A DNA stretch of 44,412 nucleotides from Conidiobolus incongruus B7586 (GCA_000697335.1 JNEM01011078.1:1-44412); one strand, 5' to 3'. Counted from the stretch's first letter, positions 24,012 through 37,012 are shown. Notes: generated from the letters alone by a model not told the origin. Program-made: numbers and translations.

Positions 24012-25235
24012 ATGAATTCAAAATCTCAACCAGAATCCGATCCCAATATCCCAATTGACCAGAGACCACTTCCACAAAGATTTCCAGAATACTGTCAAAA
24101 GATTCAACTTCAACATCCTATTAAACCTCGCCATCGATGGGATATAGATAACCTTTTAAAGAGATGTCCAGGTTTAAGTCAAGATTATCATATATTTGAC
24201 AAAATTGGCGAAGGTACATTTAGTACAGTTTATAAAGCGGTAGATTTAAAGTATTTTATGTATGATAATTCTTATTGGGACTTTGATTTTGCTGCTGAGG
24301 AAGAGAATGGTTCTTCGAATTTAATTCGTCCTCCTCCAAAATTCGTCGCTATTAAAAAAATTTATGTAACGAGTAGTTGTAACAGAATTGAAAATGAAAT
24401 CTCTATCTTGCACCAGTTGGTAGGGAATCAATATGTGACTCCTTTAATTACTGCTACTAGATTTGATGACCAAGTGCTTCTCGTACTCCCATTCTTCCGT
24501 CATGTCGATTTTCGCGAATATTTCCAGACGTTGCCCCTATCAGATATTAAAAATTATATGTACTCCTTATTCCAAGCTCTAGCGCATTGTCACCGACACA
24601 AAATTATTCACCGCGATGTGAAACCCAGTAATTTTCTCTATTTGAATAGTAAACGCAGGGGTGTTCTCGTCGATTTCGGCTTAGCTCAGAGAGAAGAGCC
24701 TCCAACTCAGGAAATCCCAGAATTTTTGCATACGAAGGCGCATTCCTTCTTCGATGCCAACGGTAGTCCCGGTATTATTAAAAATGACACAAGACCCACT
24801 ATTAAGGCGAATCGTGCAGGAACAAGAGGCTTTCGAGCTCCTGAAGTTCTCCTCAAATGCAGATACCAGACAGTTTCCATTGATGTATGGTCTGCGGGTG
24901 TTATTCTCCTATGCTTTATGTCCCGAAGATTCCCATTTTTCAATTCCGCCAGCGATCACGAAGCACTCATCGAACTTGCATGTATCTTCGGCAAGGCTGA
25001 AATGCAAAAAGTTTCTACGGAATTGAATCGTGTCTTTCATACCAACATTCCGTCGATCAGGGAAGCTCAAATCCCTTTCCCAACTCTGTGCAAAAATTTG
25101 AACCCTGACGGTGTTGGAATGTTCCCTCCAGAAGCTTTTGACCTCTTGGAGAAGTGTCTTGCACTCAATCCTAAGAATCGTATCACTGCGGAGCAGGCTT
25201 TATTGCATCCATTTTTGGCAGGTGTATCTCAGTAA
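24012..25235 (+). CDS. CDC7: Cdc7/Hsk1 (DDK) serine/threonine kinase, intronless
   Basis: KIGEGTFSTVYKA, VAIKKIYVTSS, HRDVKPSNFL, LVDFGLAQ and the CDC7-diagnostic ANRAGTRGFRAPEVL. Confidence 0.95.
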   Translation: MNSKSQPESDPNIPIDQRPLPQRFPEYCQKIQLQHPIKPRHRWDIDNLLKRCPGLSQDYHIFDKIGEGTFSTVYKAVDLKYFMYDNSYWDFDFAAEEENGSSNLIRPPPKFVAIKKIYVTSSCNRIENEISILHQLVGNQYVTPLITATRFDDQVLLVLPFFRHVDFREYFQTLPLSDIKNYMYSLFQALAHCHRHKIIHRDVKPSNFLYLNSKRRGVLVDFGLAQREEPPTQEIPEFLHTKAHSFFDANGSPGIIKNDTRPTIKANRAGTRGFRAPEVLLKCRYQTVSIDVWSAGVILLCFMSRRFPFFNSASDHEALIELACIFGKAEMQKVSTELNRVFHTNIPSIREAQIPFPTLCKNLNPDGVGMFPPEAFDLLEKCLALNPKNRITAEQALLHPFLAGVSQ

Positions 25236-27705
25236 ATACGTATGCCTTTTCATCGGTTTACTTGAATTAAAACAAAATTACAATCATTTACACAACAGTT
25301 GCTTTAACAATGTAATTTTTCATCCAATTTGTACCAATATTTCCGAAATAGCCCAGTTTATTTCGTTTCGTGGATGGCTCCGTTTGCTTTGAATCAAATA
25401 CCAATACTTAAGTGGATTAGCTCTATATTTGTAATTTAGACACAATACATTTAAATTTGAAGTGAATTAATTGTCCATCTAAGCACTTGAACATTGAATA
25501 AAAATTATCCCATCAATTGAAGTTTAATCATTCTTTTTCATTTGAATATTATGAAGCTTGCGTTTAAGCAAACAAAAATATATTCTATATCTGTATAATC
25601 AATAATATAATGGTCCAATAGTATAACCCAATTTCATAATATTTAAAATTACATCAGATACCTATTAATTTGAAAAATTAATTCACAATTGATGTTATTT
25701 AATCATGATCTAAGTATTTGGTCTGAGTGTTATAAATAAAATCATATTAAATGAGCAAATAATAAATATATATTGAATTTTGAAGTTTTTATTAAAATAT
25801 TATAAAAATCGAATATATTGTAATATACTCATCTATATTTTTAAAAATTAGTAACCACATTTTTAATACAATTCTTCAATCTAAGATTTTTTTTTCATAC
25901 CATTCATTCATTATCATATTCATCATTATTGAAAATTTACAAAATGTTGCGAAAAATGAATCTTTTGTAATTTTTAGATTTTGTAAATTCTAATATATAT
26001 TAAGTTTTATTTTAAATCTAGTTGATATTTTATTTTGCAGTTTTTTTGCCAAATATTTAAATAAATAAATAAAAATACTTGATATTTTAACTGATTCAAT
26101 TGAATTAAATATAAAGTGATATTTTTAACTTATATTACATTAAATCTCTAATAAGCTGAATTCAATTGTATTTTAATTAGAATATTAATCAACGATGTGA
26201 AATCTTACTCAGCCACAAGTTAAATCTCTTTTGTCGGAATTACAATATTAGTATATAGTTTTAATTAGTCGTTAACTTAAAGAACTAATTCATTGTAAAA
26301 AGTCATAATACAGTAATTCCCAAATATATAATATTATTTTACAAAAATCCAGGACATCAAGTCACAAGTCATCATTAACACATCTTTTTCATAAATACAG
26401 AAGCTATCAATTCAACAGAATTCTTCAAATCAAGACAATATTATTTCATCATGACGTCACTATCTCCACCTCCATATAAAAATCCAGTGACTAAATCCAA
26501 TCACTGTTATAATTCCTATATAAAAGAGATTAATAATAAAAATTTTTTTGATTAACTCTTAAAAATTAAAAATTTAATCATATCAATAACAAAAATATTG
26601 ACTAAATATTATAAATTATAAGTAATAATAATTATGAAATCAATATTTGATTATTTAAATATTTATCAAATTATATATATTATTATTGTGATATTGATTT
26701 AATGGTAATAATATCAATTATGTTGTTTTGATAAAAAAATTATTGATTCTAATTATATATAGATTGAATTTTAGAAGAATGCTAGTTGGCGATATTGAAT
26801 CAGATCATAGATGCTAGAATTCGATCCCAAATACGTGTTATTCAAATGATCATGATCTAACTATCACTTAATGAAGTCAAAGCTCATTGTCCATAGTCAA
26901 CCTCTTATAATAATCGTCCTGTAGCTACATCCCTCTTACATCATTAAAGTTATTTATTAGGTTACACTAACCATAAATATGTAATATTCTATAAATATGT
27001 CATCTTACATCTTAAAATCTCCTAAATAACAACTATATTAACTCTGGTCTACATTGATCTACTAAATGATATCAATATTAATAATTGAATGCACTTTGAA
27101 CAAAAGCCAATTTATATATAATTTTAAAAATTAGATTGAAATGCTTGTTCATTTAATTAATATTTAAAATACATTGTTAAATATCCTCAAAAACGTTGTT
27201 TATATATGCCAAATTCTATCTAGCATATTATTGTGGAATGGGATTTTAAATCTAAAATAAATTTAATTTTAATGTATTTAGCATGGTTTGGAACTTAATT
27301 ACAACTATTATAACGATGCTATATTTTTTGAAAGAAACCATTGATTCAATATTATTATTTTTATTAAAAACATCATTATTTAAAATTATATTTTTAATAC
27401 CTTGATATAAATGTAGCTAAATTTTTAAAATATAATTTATATTGATCTAGTTTTAAAAATATCAGTATATGATGTAATAATAAACAAAATCATTAATTTT
27501 TGAGTGTGTTATTTGCGGGTAATTATTGTGTAATTATATAATAATTTGATAGTATTAATTATATCAATATACTGTTGATAGACTTCTGGATAAAATTAAA
27601 ATATAAAAAGCATAAATATTTATTCAAACATATATATGGGGAAATGTTATGAATTTTTAATTAAAAATTTAGATGGATAAGTGTGTAGGAAAGGACTTAA
27701 ATGAT

Positions 27706-29608
27706 TTAATCGATAGATTGAACACTTTCATTCAAATCTTTGGGCTCATTACCCTGCTGGTTCTGCTTATTCTTTTTCTTTCCCTTCTTCGAAGCTGGCT
27801 TATCCTGAGGCTGTGATACTGAGTCATGGGATGAGACCAAGTCGCGTTCGCCAATGGATTCAAATTTTTCGCTGGAAGTAGAGCCAACAGAGTGTTGAGA
27901 ATCACTCAAATTGTGGCTACCAGATTGGCTGCTGGAGGAGGGAGCGTTGTAGGTGCTTCTGCTCTGGTACCTGGGTGGTGCTTCATCATCCTCTTCGTCA
28001 TCGTCCAAATCCAAGTGAGTAGGTTCGGGCTCGTTAATACCGCGTAATTTCAAGTATTTGGTTGCTACTTTGTGATCGATGTGGTCCAAAGCTTTGGGTT
28101 CGTGGCGGATTAAAGTCTAAGTTATGGGTTAGAAATGATTGGAATGGTTTAATGGTGGTACTTACTAAGAAAATACCAGCACCAAATGCGAATAAAGCAC
28201 TCTCAAAGTGAGGGACCTTGGGCAACAGACCCTTTAATCTGAGCACTTTATACAATGTTTCAATTGCTTGAGTAGTGAAAATGAGACACAATTCATGCTT
28301 GCGACCACTATTTTCGAATTGAATAGCGGCGAAAGCTGCAAAAAGTGCTTGGAAGAAATATATATATCTGTGACTTAAGAAGCGACTGTCAGGGAAGAAG
28401 TTTCTAGTACCACAAAGTTGAGATTGAAGAAGGAAGATGAATGATCCAAGTGCAAAGACAGATCTCAAAGTAGATTTTAAGGCATTTTTAAGCTTTGGGA
28501 GAGGACTAGACGATATTTAATTTAATATTATTTATATATATATATATTGAATAAATATAATTACTCTTTCAAAAATGATTTTCTCTTAAAAATGACGTTT
28601 GGTACCAAGTTCATAGCAAAATAAAAAGCAACATTCCTCCTAATGCCTTTGAAAATGTTTACAAAGATATTGGTCAAACATGAAGCTTGTGTAGGATGAA
28701 TTGAAGCACTAATAAAATATATTATAGTTAAAAATACAAATACAGTAAAATGCTAATGTTCTTACCATGGAATCAAATTAGGTTGTTCATTCAAAGCATA
28801 TAATTTAGCCAAATTGCTAGGGTCAATAGTATTCAGCAAATGACTGTGGATGAATTCATGCTTATTCAAGGGACGACCTTTAAGAATATCTAAATTGTTT
28901 CTGATAGCTCCATAGCTTATACCCGTCTTTTCCAGCATATTCATCATGGTTCCAGGGGAAAAAGCTAATGGATGGGCAACGAATGAGAAGAAAATTTGAG
29001 CAGCTGACAAAGAGAATAAAATTTCGGTTCCTTTAGGAACATTCAATTTTTTGTTAGTGTTGACAGATTTCAATAGACCCGCAACTGCACGGCTAGCAAT
29101 TCCCACTCCGTACACTGTTCTGACGGATGCAGATTCAACAAGAATCCAGAGACCTGAAAGCGCACCAGCAATGAAATCGGATTGCTTAGAGGATAAATTT
29201 GTGTACCTTGGTAGGGTCTCCAATAGGACCTTGTAAGTGAATACAAAGCCGCCTAAGAGAGCACCAGTTCTACGAACGGATTTTGCAAATAAAAAGGTGT
29301 AAAGTTTGGTCATAAAAGGATGCCTAAAATATGACAATCAACATAAAATTATTTAATCAATCAACTGTTATTTACTTGTCCTTCAATGTGTTATTGAGGC
29401 CTGTTAAAATATTCACCAATATTCTCAAAGCCATTCCACCTCCTGCAACCTCTAAATTATTGAAAAACTATATTAATGATAATCCAAACAATTTTAACCT
29501 CAATGACCTACTTGCAGCATCCAAACCAGCTTGTTTCACAAGATGTTTCCATTCGTCGGGTGACAAACCAACGCGTTGATGATTATACGAAGAGCCTTTA
29601 GAACTCAT
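27706..29608 (-). CDS. TMEM135-like (Tim17-related peroxisomal/mitochondrial) membrane protein; exons 29608-29512, 29451-29376, 29323-28766, 28708-28565, 28505-28166, 28116-27706
   Basis: Three ORF-track fragments join through GT-AG introns. Motifs include RTGALLGGFVFTYK, FIAGALSGL, PCASIHPTQASC (TMEM135 Cys-rich motif), STLRSVFALGSF and FENSGRKHEL, followed by an acidic/Ser-rich tail. Confidence 0.85.
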
Positions 29609-30057
29609 AACTCAAAGCAAAAACAATGCTTAGACTCCGAGGTAAATCCTTACTATTAATATAAAAAAATTAAAGATGAAATTAAAAATTTGGAAGTTAG
29701 TACGTCATTAAGGAAATAAATGTATAGAGTGGCTTATAGGATATAAGATAACCCCTAATAAAGGATATTAGGTTAATATAAATTAATTTAGTTCTAGTTT
29801 AAAATTATCTAACAAATGATGAATTATAGCCAATAATTTGGGATTATTACATAATTATATATTTTAAAGAATTTTAAATTTTTATTTTAAATTTATGAAA
29901 AATATTAAATGAATTTGGATATACTTTAATATTATCCCATAATAAAAAATATATTGTAAAAAAATTTAAGCACTCTTTTAACAGTCCTTAATATCAAAAT
30001 AAAGGCATTCAACAATTGAGTGTAAAAATTAAATCACTATTAAAATTGTAAAGAACA

Positions 30058-30710
30058 ATGCCTCAATTGCCCAAATCAAACACTATTGGATCTGACCACG
30101 CAGATAATTACTTTGTTATGTTATCAACACTACCTACTAACACTGAGTTGACTAGGATTCAACCATAAGTAATTTATAATCAATTACACTAAACAAAACT
30201 ATCCCAATATTAAATTAAGTGATATGAGTATTTATAAGGGTGATAGAGTATATTCCATATATTATTCTATTTGATCATTTTATTGACCATTATTTGCTGT
30301 GATTATCCTGCTATTGCTGCCAAAGTGTGTGAAAAAGTATAAGATAAAAGTAATTTCATTATATAATTATTTCTCAATTTTTTTTGAAATATTAACCAAT
30401 TCAATAGTTAATGAATCCATTGGTATCTCCATCGCTGCTAACAAAATCAATGGTATTCGTTGCAGTTTGTGCCATAAACAGTGTACTGCCGAAATGGCTC
30501 GCAGAGTAATTGTATTTATATGACTATTATTCCATCGTATATTGATAATATTTATTTTAGTGCAATAATGCCAATATTTTAGCATTGGGAGAAAGGGTAG
30601 TTGATCTCAGTTTAGTACCTGAAACAGTCGATGTCTTTATTAAAACTGATTTCGAAGGTAAACATCATGCTGATAGAGTTGGTAAAATTCATCAATTAGA
30701 ATCCAACTAA
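30058..30710 (+). pseudogene. Ribose-5-phosphate isomerase B (RpiB/LacAB) pseudogene with four intron remnants
   Basis: Reconstructed MPQLPKSNTIGSDHAG-FNHK*...CDYPAIAAKVCEKV*DK-INESIGISIAANKINGIRCSLCH...NNANILALGERVV...FEGKHHADRVGKI. Lesions: donor reads ATAATT at 30104, stops at 30170 and 30340, no acceptor AG near 30297, and the catalytic CG(T/S)G segment is missing. Confidence 0.88.
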
Positions 30711-31796
30711 AGATAATAAATGATTTACTATTTGAAGTCTTTCATATTCAATTCGCTTTATATTGACTATATTTATTTTTAAATTGCTATATTGTTTAAC
30801 ATATATAATATAATCCATTTCAATTTTTTGTTCACTCTTTTTATCAATCAATATTCGTGTAATTTGGAGTGAATATTACCAAAGTTGGTAATTTCGTAAT
30901 TTCTGGAATGTATTCACCGACGCTTGGCAGATTAATAATCCATCCCAAGCAAAGTATTAAAGTCAATAATATTCAAGAACTTCGGTAATTTATAGTAGGA
31001 CTAATTTAAAATTAGTTCTCTAAATATTGCTGTAACAAATTTAATAACAACGCTAAAATAACAACATTTAAAATATTTATGAATGATTAATTCAACAATG
31101 ATGGTAATCTATCAACAAACTACATAATAATCTCACTAACCATTTCAAACATCTTGAACAATTGAAAAATTCGAAAATTATAAAAAAAACTGACTTTACA
31201 CAAAGTGAAAATTCAACAAAACATTACCTAATCCATTTCAAATTATGTGGATCTAATCAAATTTTAATTTAACAAATCTACTATTCAATATTTCAGCCAA
31301 TTTAAGACCAAAACCTTTAGAATTAATAATTGATTAATTGAATACTATTTTTGTCGATACCAACATGAAATCGACTGATATCCAATGAGAGAATGCTACT
31401 TTGGATTAAACTAATATCAAACGATTCATTAACCCGAAATCAATCCGATTTGTTTTGGCAAACAAAATAAGGATGTTAAATAAAATTCTCCCCTTACTCA
31501 AAGTTTTGATTCAATTACCCAATTCAGATTTTTATTTATTATTAATTTAAATTTGGGCCAATCGAAGTGTGTTAAAAATATTCACATGGTACAAATTTAA
31601 TCAATTGATTCGATGATGAAAATGATTAATTTTATATTACATGAAATGATATAGTATGTTATATTCTAGAGTCAATGATAATATTACAACAAGTCATAAT
31701 GACTTAGGTGGAATGTGTGGGATTTAATATATGTTTATAATTTGGGAAAGATATGTGTACAATTCGAAGAGCTTTGTATTTTGAATTGAATAGGTG

Positions 31797-33182
31797 TTAT
31801 CTGCCGTTGGGGCTTACATCCAACAACATATGATTTGTACCCATGCCCTTGAAACGCTCTAGACGAGTAGCCAAGTGCTTCGCAGAAGGACGCCTCAAGA
31901 CATCGGCATCGACCATCTCTTCAATCAAACTGAATATTGAATAGGGAATCGTTTCGCCGTTTAAGAACCTGAGACCCTTTTCCTTAGCCAAGTTGTGGTG
32001 ATAGTTAAAAAATTGGCCGCCTCGGATCAACACAGTTAACTCGACAGAGTTTTTAACCGATGCGAAAGGATCCGAGCCTAGAATACCAATGACCCACAAA
32101 CTCACTCCGAGGGAGTAGATGTCAATGGGATAGGAATAGGGTTGGAATGGGAAGTGAAGTAATTCAGGTGCTGAGTAGGGTAAGGTGCCTTTTCCGAGTC
32201 CATCAATAAGTATAGGATCTTCCTCATTGTCAGGAAGAAGTATACTGTCACCAAAATCACCAATGACAATGTCTAAATCCTGAGTTATGAACATGTTGTG
32301 AGGTTTGATATCATGATGTATGATGTGATTGGCGTGAAGGAAGCTCAATGCATTGGCACTCTGTTGAGCCCATTTTGTCCACTGTGACAATCCTACAATA
32401 TCATGATTGTTTTGGATATAGTCCATCAAAGTACCCATGGAATACATTGGCATTATAAGAGACTGAATTGAATGCGTGTTGGAGACTGATGCGGGAATAC
32501 TGTCAAGATCATCAATTGATTTTGATGATAACTCGTAGCAATGATTGTTCCCAAGCTGAACACCCAATAATTTCATAATATTTGCATGCTGACCCTTTTG
32601 ATGAACTTTATGGAGTACTGCTACCTCGGTTTTTGCTGAGAGGACAGCTTCCTCATTTGCCGATATCCTCTTCACAACACAAACAGTGTTGTTAGCTGAA
32701 AGTGTGCCCTTATATACCTGACTACCTCTACCTTCACCGATACGGTTTTTTTTGTCAAAGGAAACCTCTAGGGGAATGGTTTCAGATAGATTAATATAGG
32801 ACTGTATGGGGCGGATTTTTGGAGTAAACTTATTGAGTTTCTGTTTGCTAAGAGCGAGAGGATTTGGTTTAACGGGCTTAATTGTGCTGACATTTTTTGG
32901 TTTTGTGGGGTTGACTATCTGTATATTGAGTCTTGGAGGGGGTGCGGGGGAGGGAGAGCTGAAAGAAGTGTTGAAAATATCATTTTTGGATTTTGACTTA
33001 AGAGGTAAAGGAGGTCTCATTTCGTCGTCAGAAGGGGAAGTTGCAGTGGGCGAAGCACTAAAGAACATATTGGAATGATCAGAAGGGTGGAAGTACTGCG
33101 ACAAATCTCCACTCAAATCTAAAAAATTTCTTCGGTCGGTAGTGTCTTTGGGAGTTACTGGGCTCCAAGTGTGAAACGACAT
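31797..33182 (-). CDS. Serine/threonine protein kinase (non-RD, HHD catalytic loop) with Pro/Ser-rich N-terminus, intronless
   Basis: IGEGRGSQVYKG, VVKR, HHDIKPHN, GDFG, GTLPYSAPE, DIYSLGV and RRPSA. Subfamily not recognised. Confidence 0.9.
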   Translation of the reverse strand: MSFHTWSPVTPKDTTDRRNFLDLSGDLSQYFHPSDHSNMFFSASPTATSPSDDEMRPPLPLKSKSKNDIFNTSFSSPSPAPPPRLNIQIVNPTKPKNVSTIKPVKPNPLALSKQKLNKFTPKIRPIQSYINLSETIPLEVSFDKKNRIGEGRGSQVYKGTLSANNTVCVVKRISANEEAVLSAKTEVAVLHKVHQKGQHANIMKLLGVQLGNNHCYELSSKSIDDLDSIPASVSNTHSIQSLIMPMYSMGTLMDYIQNNHDIVGLSQWTKWAQQSANALSFLHANHIIHHDIKPHNMFITQDLDIVIGDFGDSILLPDNEEDPILIDGLGKGTLPYSAPELLHFPFQPYSYPIDIYSLGVSLWVIGILGSDPFASVKNSVELTVLIRGGQFFNYHHNLAKEKGLRFLNGETIPYSIFSLIEEMVDADVLRRPSAKHLATRLERFKGMGTNHMLLDVSPNGR

Positions 33183-33672
33183 AGTTAATATAATAGATAA
33201 GTTAAATACGATAAAATATAAATATAATAAAAATTAAAAATACAAGGGATTTTTCAATATATACGGAATACGTATTGTTTTGATGCTGAACAAACTGGAT
33301 TTTTGTGCTTGAGAGAAAGGTAAAATAGATCAACAACTCAGATATACAAACGGTACAAATTAGCAAGTTCTGTACTTTAGTAAAATAATAATCAATCCAA
33401 TTAGCAGCTAATAAAAATCTTTACTAGAAAGTTATTAAAAGCTAATGGAAAGAAGTATAAGAGATGGTGAGCTGTTAAAGTAAGTTAACTATTGAAGGTT
33501 TGAATTGGACGAGATGGCTTATATACCTCTGACCCAATAATAAATAAATAGTAAATCAGTTCAGTGGTTGGATTAGGGAGTGGAAATGTTGGGGAGAATT
33601 TGTTTGCAGTATGCGAATTTTGGGAGGGAGAATGCAGTGTTTCAAACGTAGAAGGTGAATTTTCATTTTACC

Positions 33673-33685
33673 TTCCTAATTAGGA
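33673..33685. promoter_or_regulatory. Candidate MADS-box (Mcm1/SRF CArG) site upstream of the kinase gene
   Basis: TTCCTAATTAGGA contains the palindromic CC(A/T)6GG core, about 490 bp upstream of the kinase ATG. Nearby TATTAGG half-sites are present. Confidence 0.35.
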
Positions 33686-36386
33686 CTCTTCCATTTAGTA
33701 TTAGGCAATATTTGGTCACTATTAGGAACCCCATTTCTTATTTTGATATAACCTTTTTAAATAATATTGAAAGAGTTAGCCTATTCAGATGATCTTAAAC
33801 TGATCTACCTAAGGCTTTTATTAAGTTCAATATATTGATCAAAGATATCTTGACAACATATGATTAGAAACTGTCTTGTGACAAGATATTCAATCGTTTA
33901 ATTCTCAAGTCATATTAATAACCTGATTCTAATACAAATACAAGTTGGATCTATTTAGTATTTTATCATTTAATGATTAGTAATTAATGAAAGATTTCCA
34001 GTAGGATTAATTATACTGAGACTATTGTTTCTTTAGGATAATATTTTTTGGTCAATTGGATCTGTAATAAAAATGCATTAATAGTACACTATTGATTCCA
34101 TCATTCTGATCCAATTAGCTTATCACATTCAGTCTTTGTTTTGTATAAATAATTTAATTTTCAAAACTAAATGGTACAGTATTATTGCCTCTGTTACAAA
34201 ATAGAAACAAGTTGTTATGGATAATATAGAAGTTGGCTGTTGTTCTATTGGTTATTCAATCAATAACCCTCATTAATAGATTTGATTCATAAAATTCACT
34301 GATCTTGGAAAATATTTATTCCATTTAAATGAATTTTTTTATTACTTTTTATCAATCACATGCATTGACAAATCTTTCAAACTTTTATGTTTACCCAGTA
34401 TGTCGGGATACTTGCACTCAAAAATCGAATTTTGTGATTGCATATGATTGAAAAATATTTGGTGAATAGAAAAATTTAAGAATTTAGCTGTATAGATTTA
34501 TCAGTAATACACATACCAAATTATTGCAAATACAAACTTATGAGAGCTTAAATGAGATAAAAATAATCGATATACAATTTCTTATAGTTCTAAAATTCAC
34601 TAATCCATATAAGACTAAAACTTGATAAATTTAATGAATCTAGAGTTATTTATAATCACCTTATTAAAAATTGGTAAATATTAAAATTTCATTTCAGGGT
34701 GTGATTAGTAAAATTTTATTGATATGATGTATCAAATTATCAAACCAATAACATTTTGATATTTATAATCTAAAGATTAGCTATAATTTGGTGAATTATG
34801 CTATTTGCTCAAAAACGAGAGGCAAATTTAAATATTTAAAAGCAAAATTAAAAGAGAGATAACAAATTAGGTCATATATATTATTTGCGCGATCAATTTC
34901 ACTATCCTTGTTCAATGGTCTCAAATTTAATTTTACTCAGAGGTAACTTGAAAAAATTAAAATATCTCTCTTTTTTATTCGATACATCCTAAGTATTTTC
35001 AAAACCATGAATTTTAACCATTTTGCTAATTATTTAAATTTTAAGTTCTAGAAAGTGAATTTCTTTCAACAAATTTATTTATTAACTATATTCCCAAAAA
35101 ATATTCTCTACATTAGTATTTAGATGAATATATCAATAATATACATTCCTTAAATTTAACTAACCTATCAATTTATAGAAAAGTATTTTTTGATAAATAA
35201 TAGCTCTTCATTGATTATATTTGTAATAACTATAAGTATTTGATAAAATATGTTAGGGGGAAATTGAATGATGTCAATAATGTAATAAAAAAGTTAGTGA
35301 ATGATACTAGATTGAGTTAAATATCAAAGCACTTTTAGTTTATTTAATATATACTAAACCTTTTGCGTTATTGTATTTTCATTTTTCAATTTACATTATC
35401 CTTAATTTGATTTTGAAGGTTAATTTAAATAATAATTGGATTAATGAATGGGAGAGAAGAATTGTTTAGTGGTATCAAGATATTTAATATCTGGAATAGT
35501 GTTATTATAATGGGAAATATACTAATATTATAGTTTATATTCTTGGATATAATGGATTAAAAATTTATCAATGTATTTGACAATACACTTAATTTTTAGT
35601 CAAAACAATGAATTTGGTTAAATATAACATCAATATAATTGACTGAATTTAAATCCTAAAATTAATATACATATTGGTGGGAGTAATGATATATAAAATG
35701 CATCGATAATATTGTATAATTTGCCACTAAAAAATACTAGGAAAACATTGGTCCCATTGACACGATAATAATATTTGAAGAATAAATTGAAATCGATCAA
35801 AATATGAACTGTAATTAGGTTTGGCTTCTAATTGTGTTATATATTCTTTTCAAGTATATCTACTGACATTGAATTGCATAATAATCAAAAGAAATTCTTC
35901 TGGTATAAAATGTATATTTGATTACTGATATTAGGTAAGCATTATCATTATCGATAAAATATTCAGTTAAAATGGTCTATTTTTAATTTATTCGATTATT
36001 TGTAAAAAATATTTAATGATCCAATTTTTCTTTAATTGGAAATTTTCAAATATGATATTATTAGCAAAAAATTAATTTGATATTTCATAAAAATATAAAC
36101 TAATTTAAATTATTAAATTGAATAATATGACTATTGATAAATTTTATTATATTATTTCAACCAATATATTAAATGTAATTAATTAATTAATTAAACCACT
36201 CAATTCTTTTCAAAATAGAGCAATTGGAATTTTGGTTATTTTGAAATATTATATATCTTAAAATTTAGATTTTATAAAATCCCTAATTATAATAAGCTCT
36301 ATAGTTAAAAATAAGTCTAAATGATCAAAATGAAAATGTTATTTAATTCTAAAAGAATAAAAAAATTACATTATTCAACTTTTAAT

Positions 36387-36466
36387 GGATAGATGGCTGG
36401 GTGGTCTAAGAAGATACGTTAAGGCCCTAGTCTCTTCAGATGCGAGGATTCAAACCTCTCCATCCT
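36387..36466 (+). pseudogene. Degenerate tRNA-Leu (AAG) pseudogene
   Basis: GGATAGATGGCTGGGTGGTCTAAGAAGATACGTTAAGGCCCTAGTCTCTTCAGATGCGAGGATTCAAACCTCTCCATCC shows the Leu D-loop GGTCTAAG, anticodon loop TTAAGGC and variable arm TCTCTTC. Mismatches occur in the D, anticodon and T stems and in the B box. Confidence 0.75.
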
Positions 36467-37012
36467 CATGCTATTTTCATAATAAGTCATAATATTAGCC
36501 TACCAATTTCCAAATAAATTAATTTGATCGATATCAAACTTTTGGATGCTTAAGTTACCTTGAAAATATATGATAGACTTTGGCAATAAACTTTATTAAC
36601 AATTGTTTAATAGATTTTTATGCATAATAATAGTGATGGTAGTTGATCAAATAATTATATACAAGAAATATCATTAACAGGAAATAATGAATTTAGCTTT
36701 TAATTAAAATTTTTTAAATCATCTTTAAATAAGATATAATTTTGGTCAGAATCATTAATTTTGAAAAGATAACATCAAATATTAATATTTTATTATTAAA
36801 TTATGCATTATATTTTGGAACCTTATATTCATCATTATTAATCATAATATTTGAAAATGTATATTTAAATGAAAATTAGAGCATGAGACATTAATAGACT
36901 AATAAAATAATCATCATATTGATGTTATTTGAATTATATTTGATGGTATAATAAATAAATATAGTTGTAGTTTAAAACACTAACTAGATATTTAATATAT
37001 GAGAATGCTGTA

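Noticed and set aside
30104..30155. AT-starting intron as a possible U12 (AT-AC) intron
   Set aside because: It lacks ATATCCTT and ends in AG with a U2 branch point. It is a mutated GTAATT donor in a pseudogene.
1048..33078. Short ORF-track entries overlapping real genes (e.g. 1048-1281, 1611-1796, 2298-2528, 7306-7509, 10624-10830, 24707-24943, 29051-29236, 32806-33078)
   Set aside because: Antisense or alternate-frame shadows of real CDS with no recognisable motifs.
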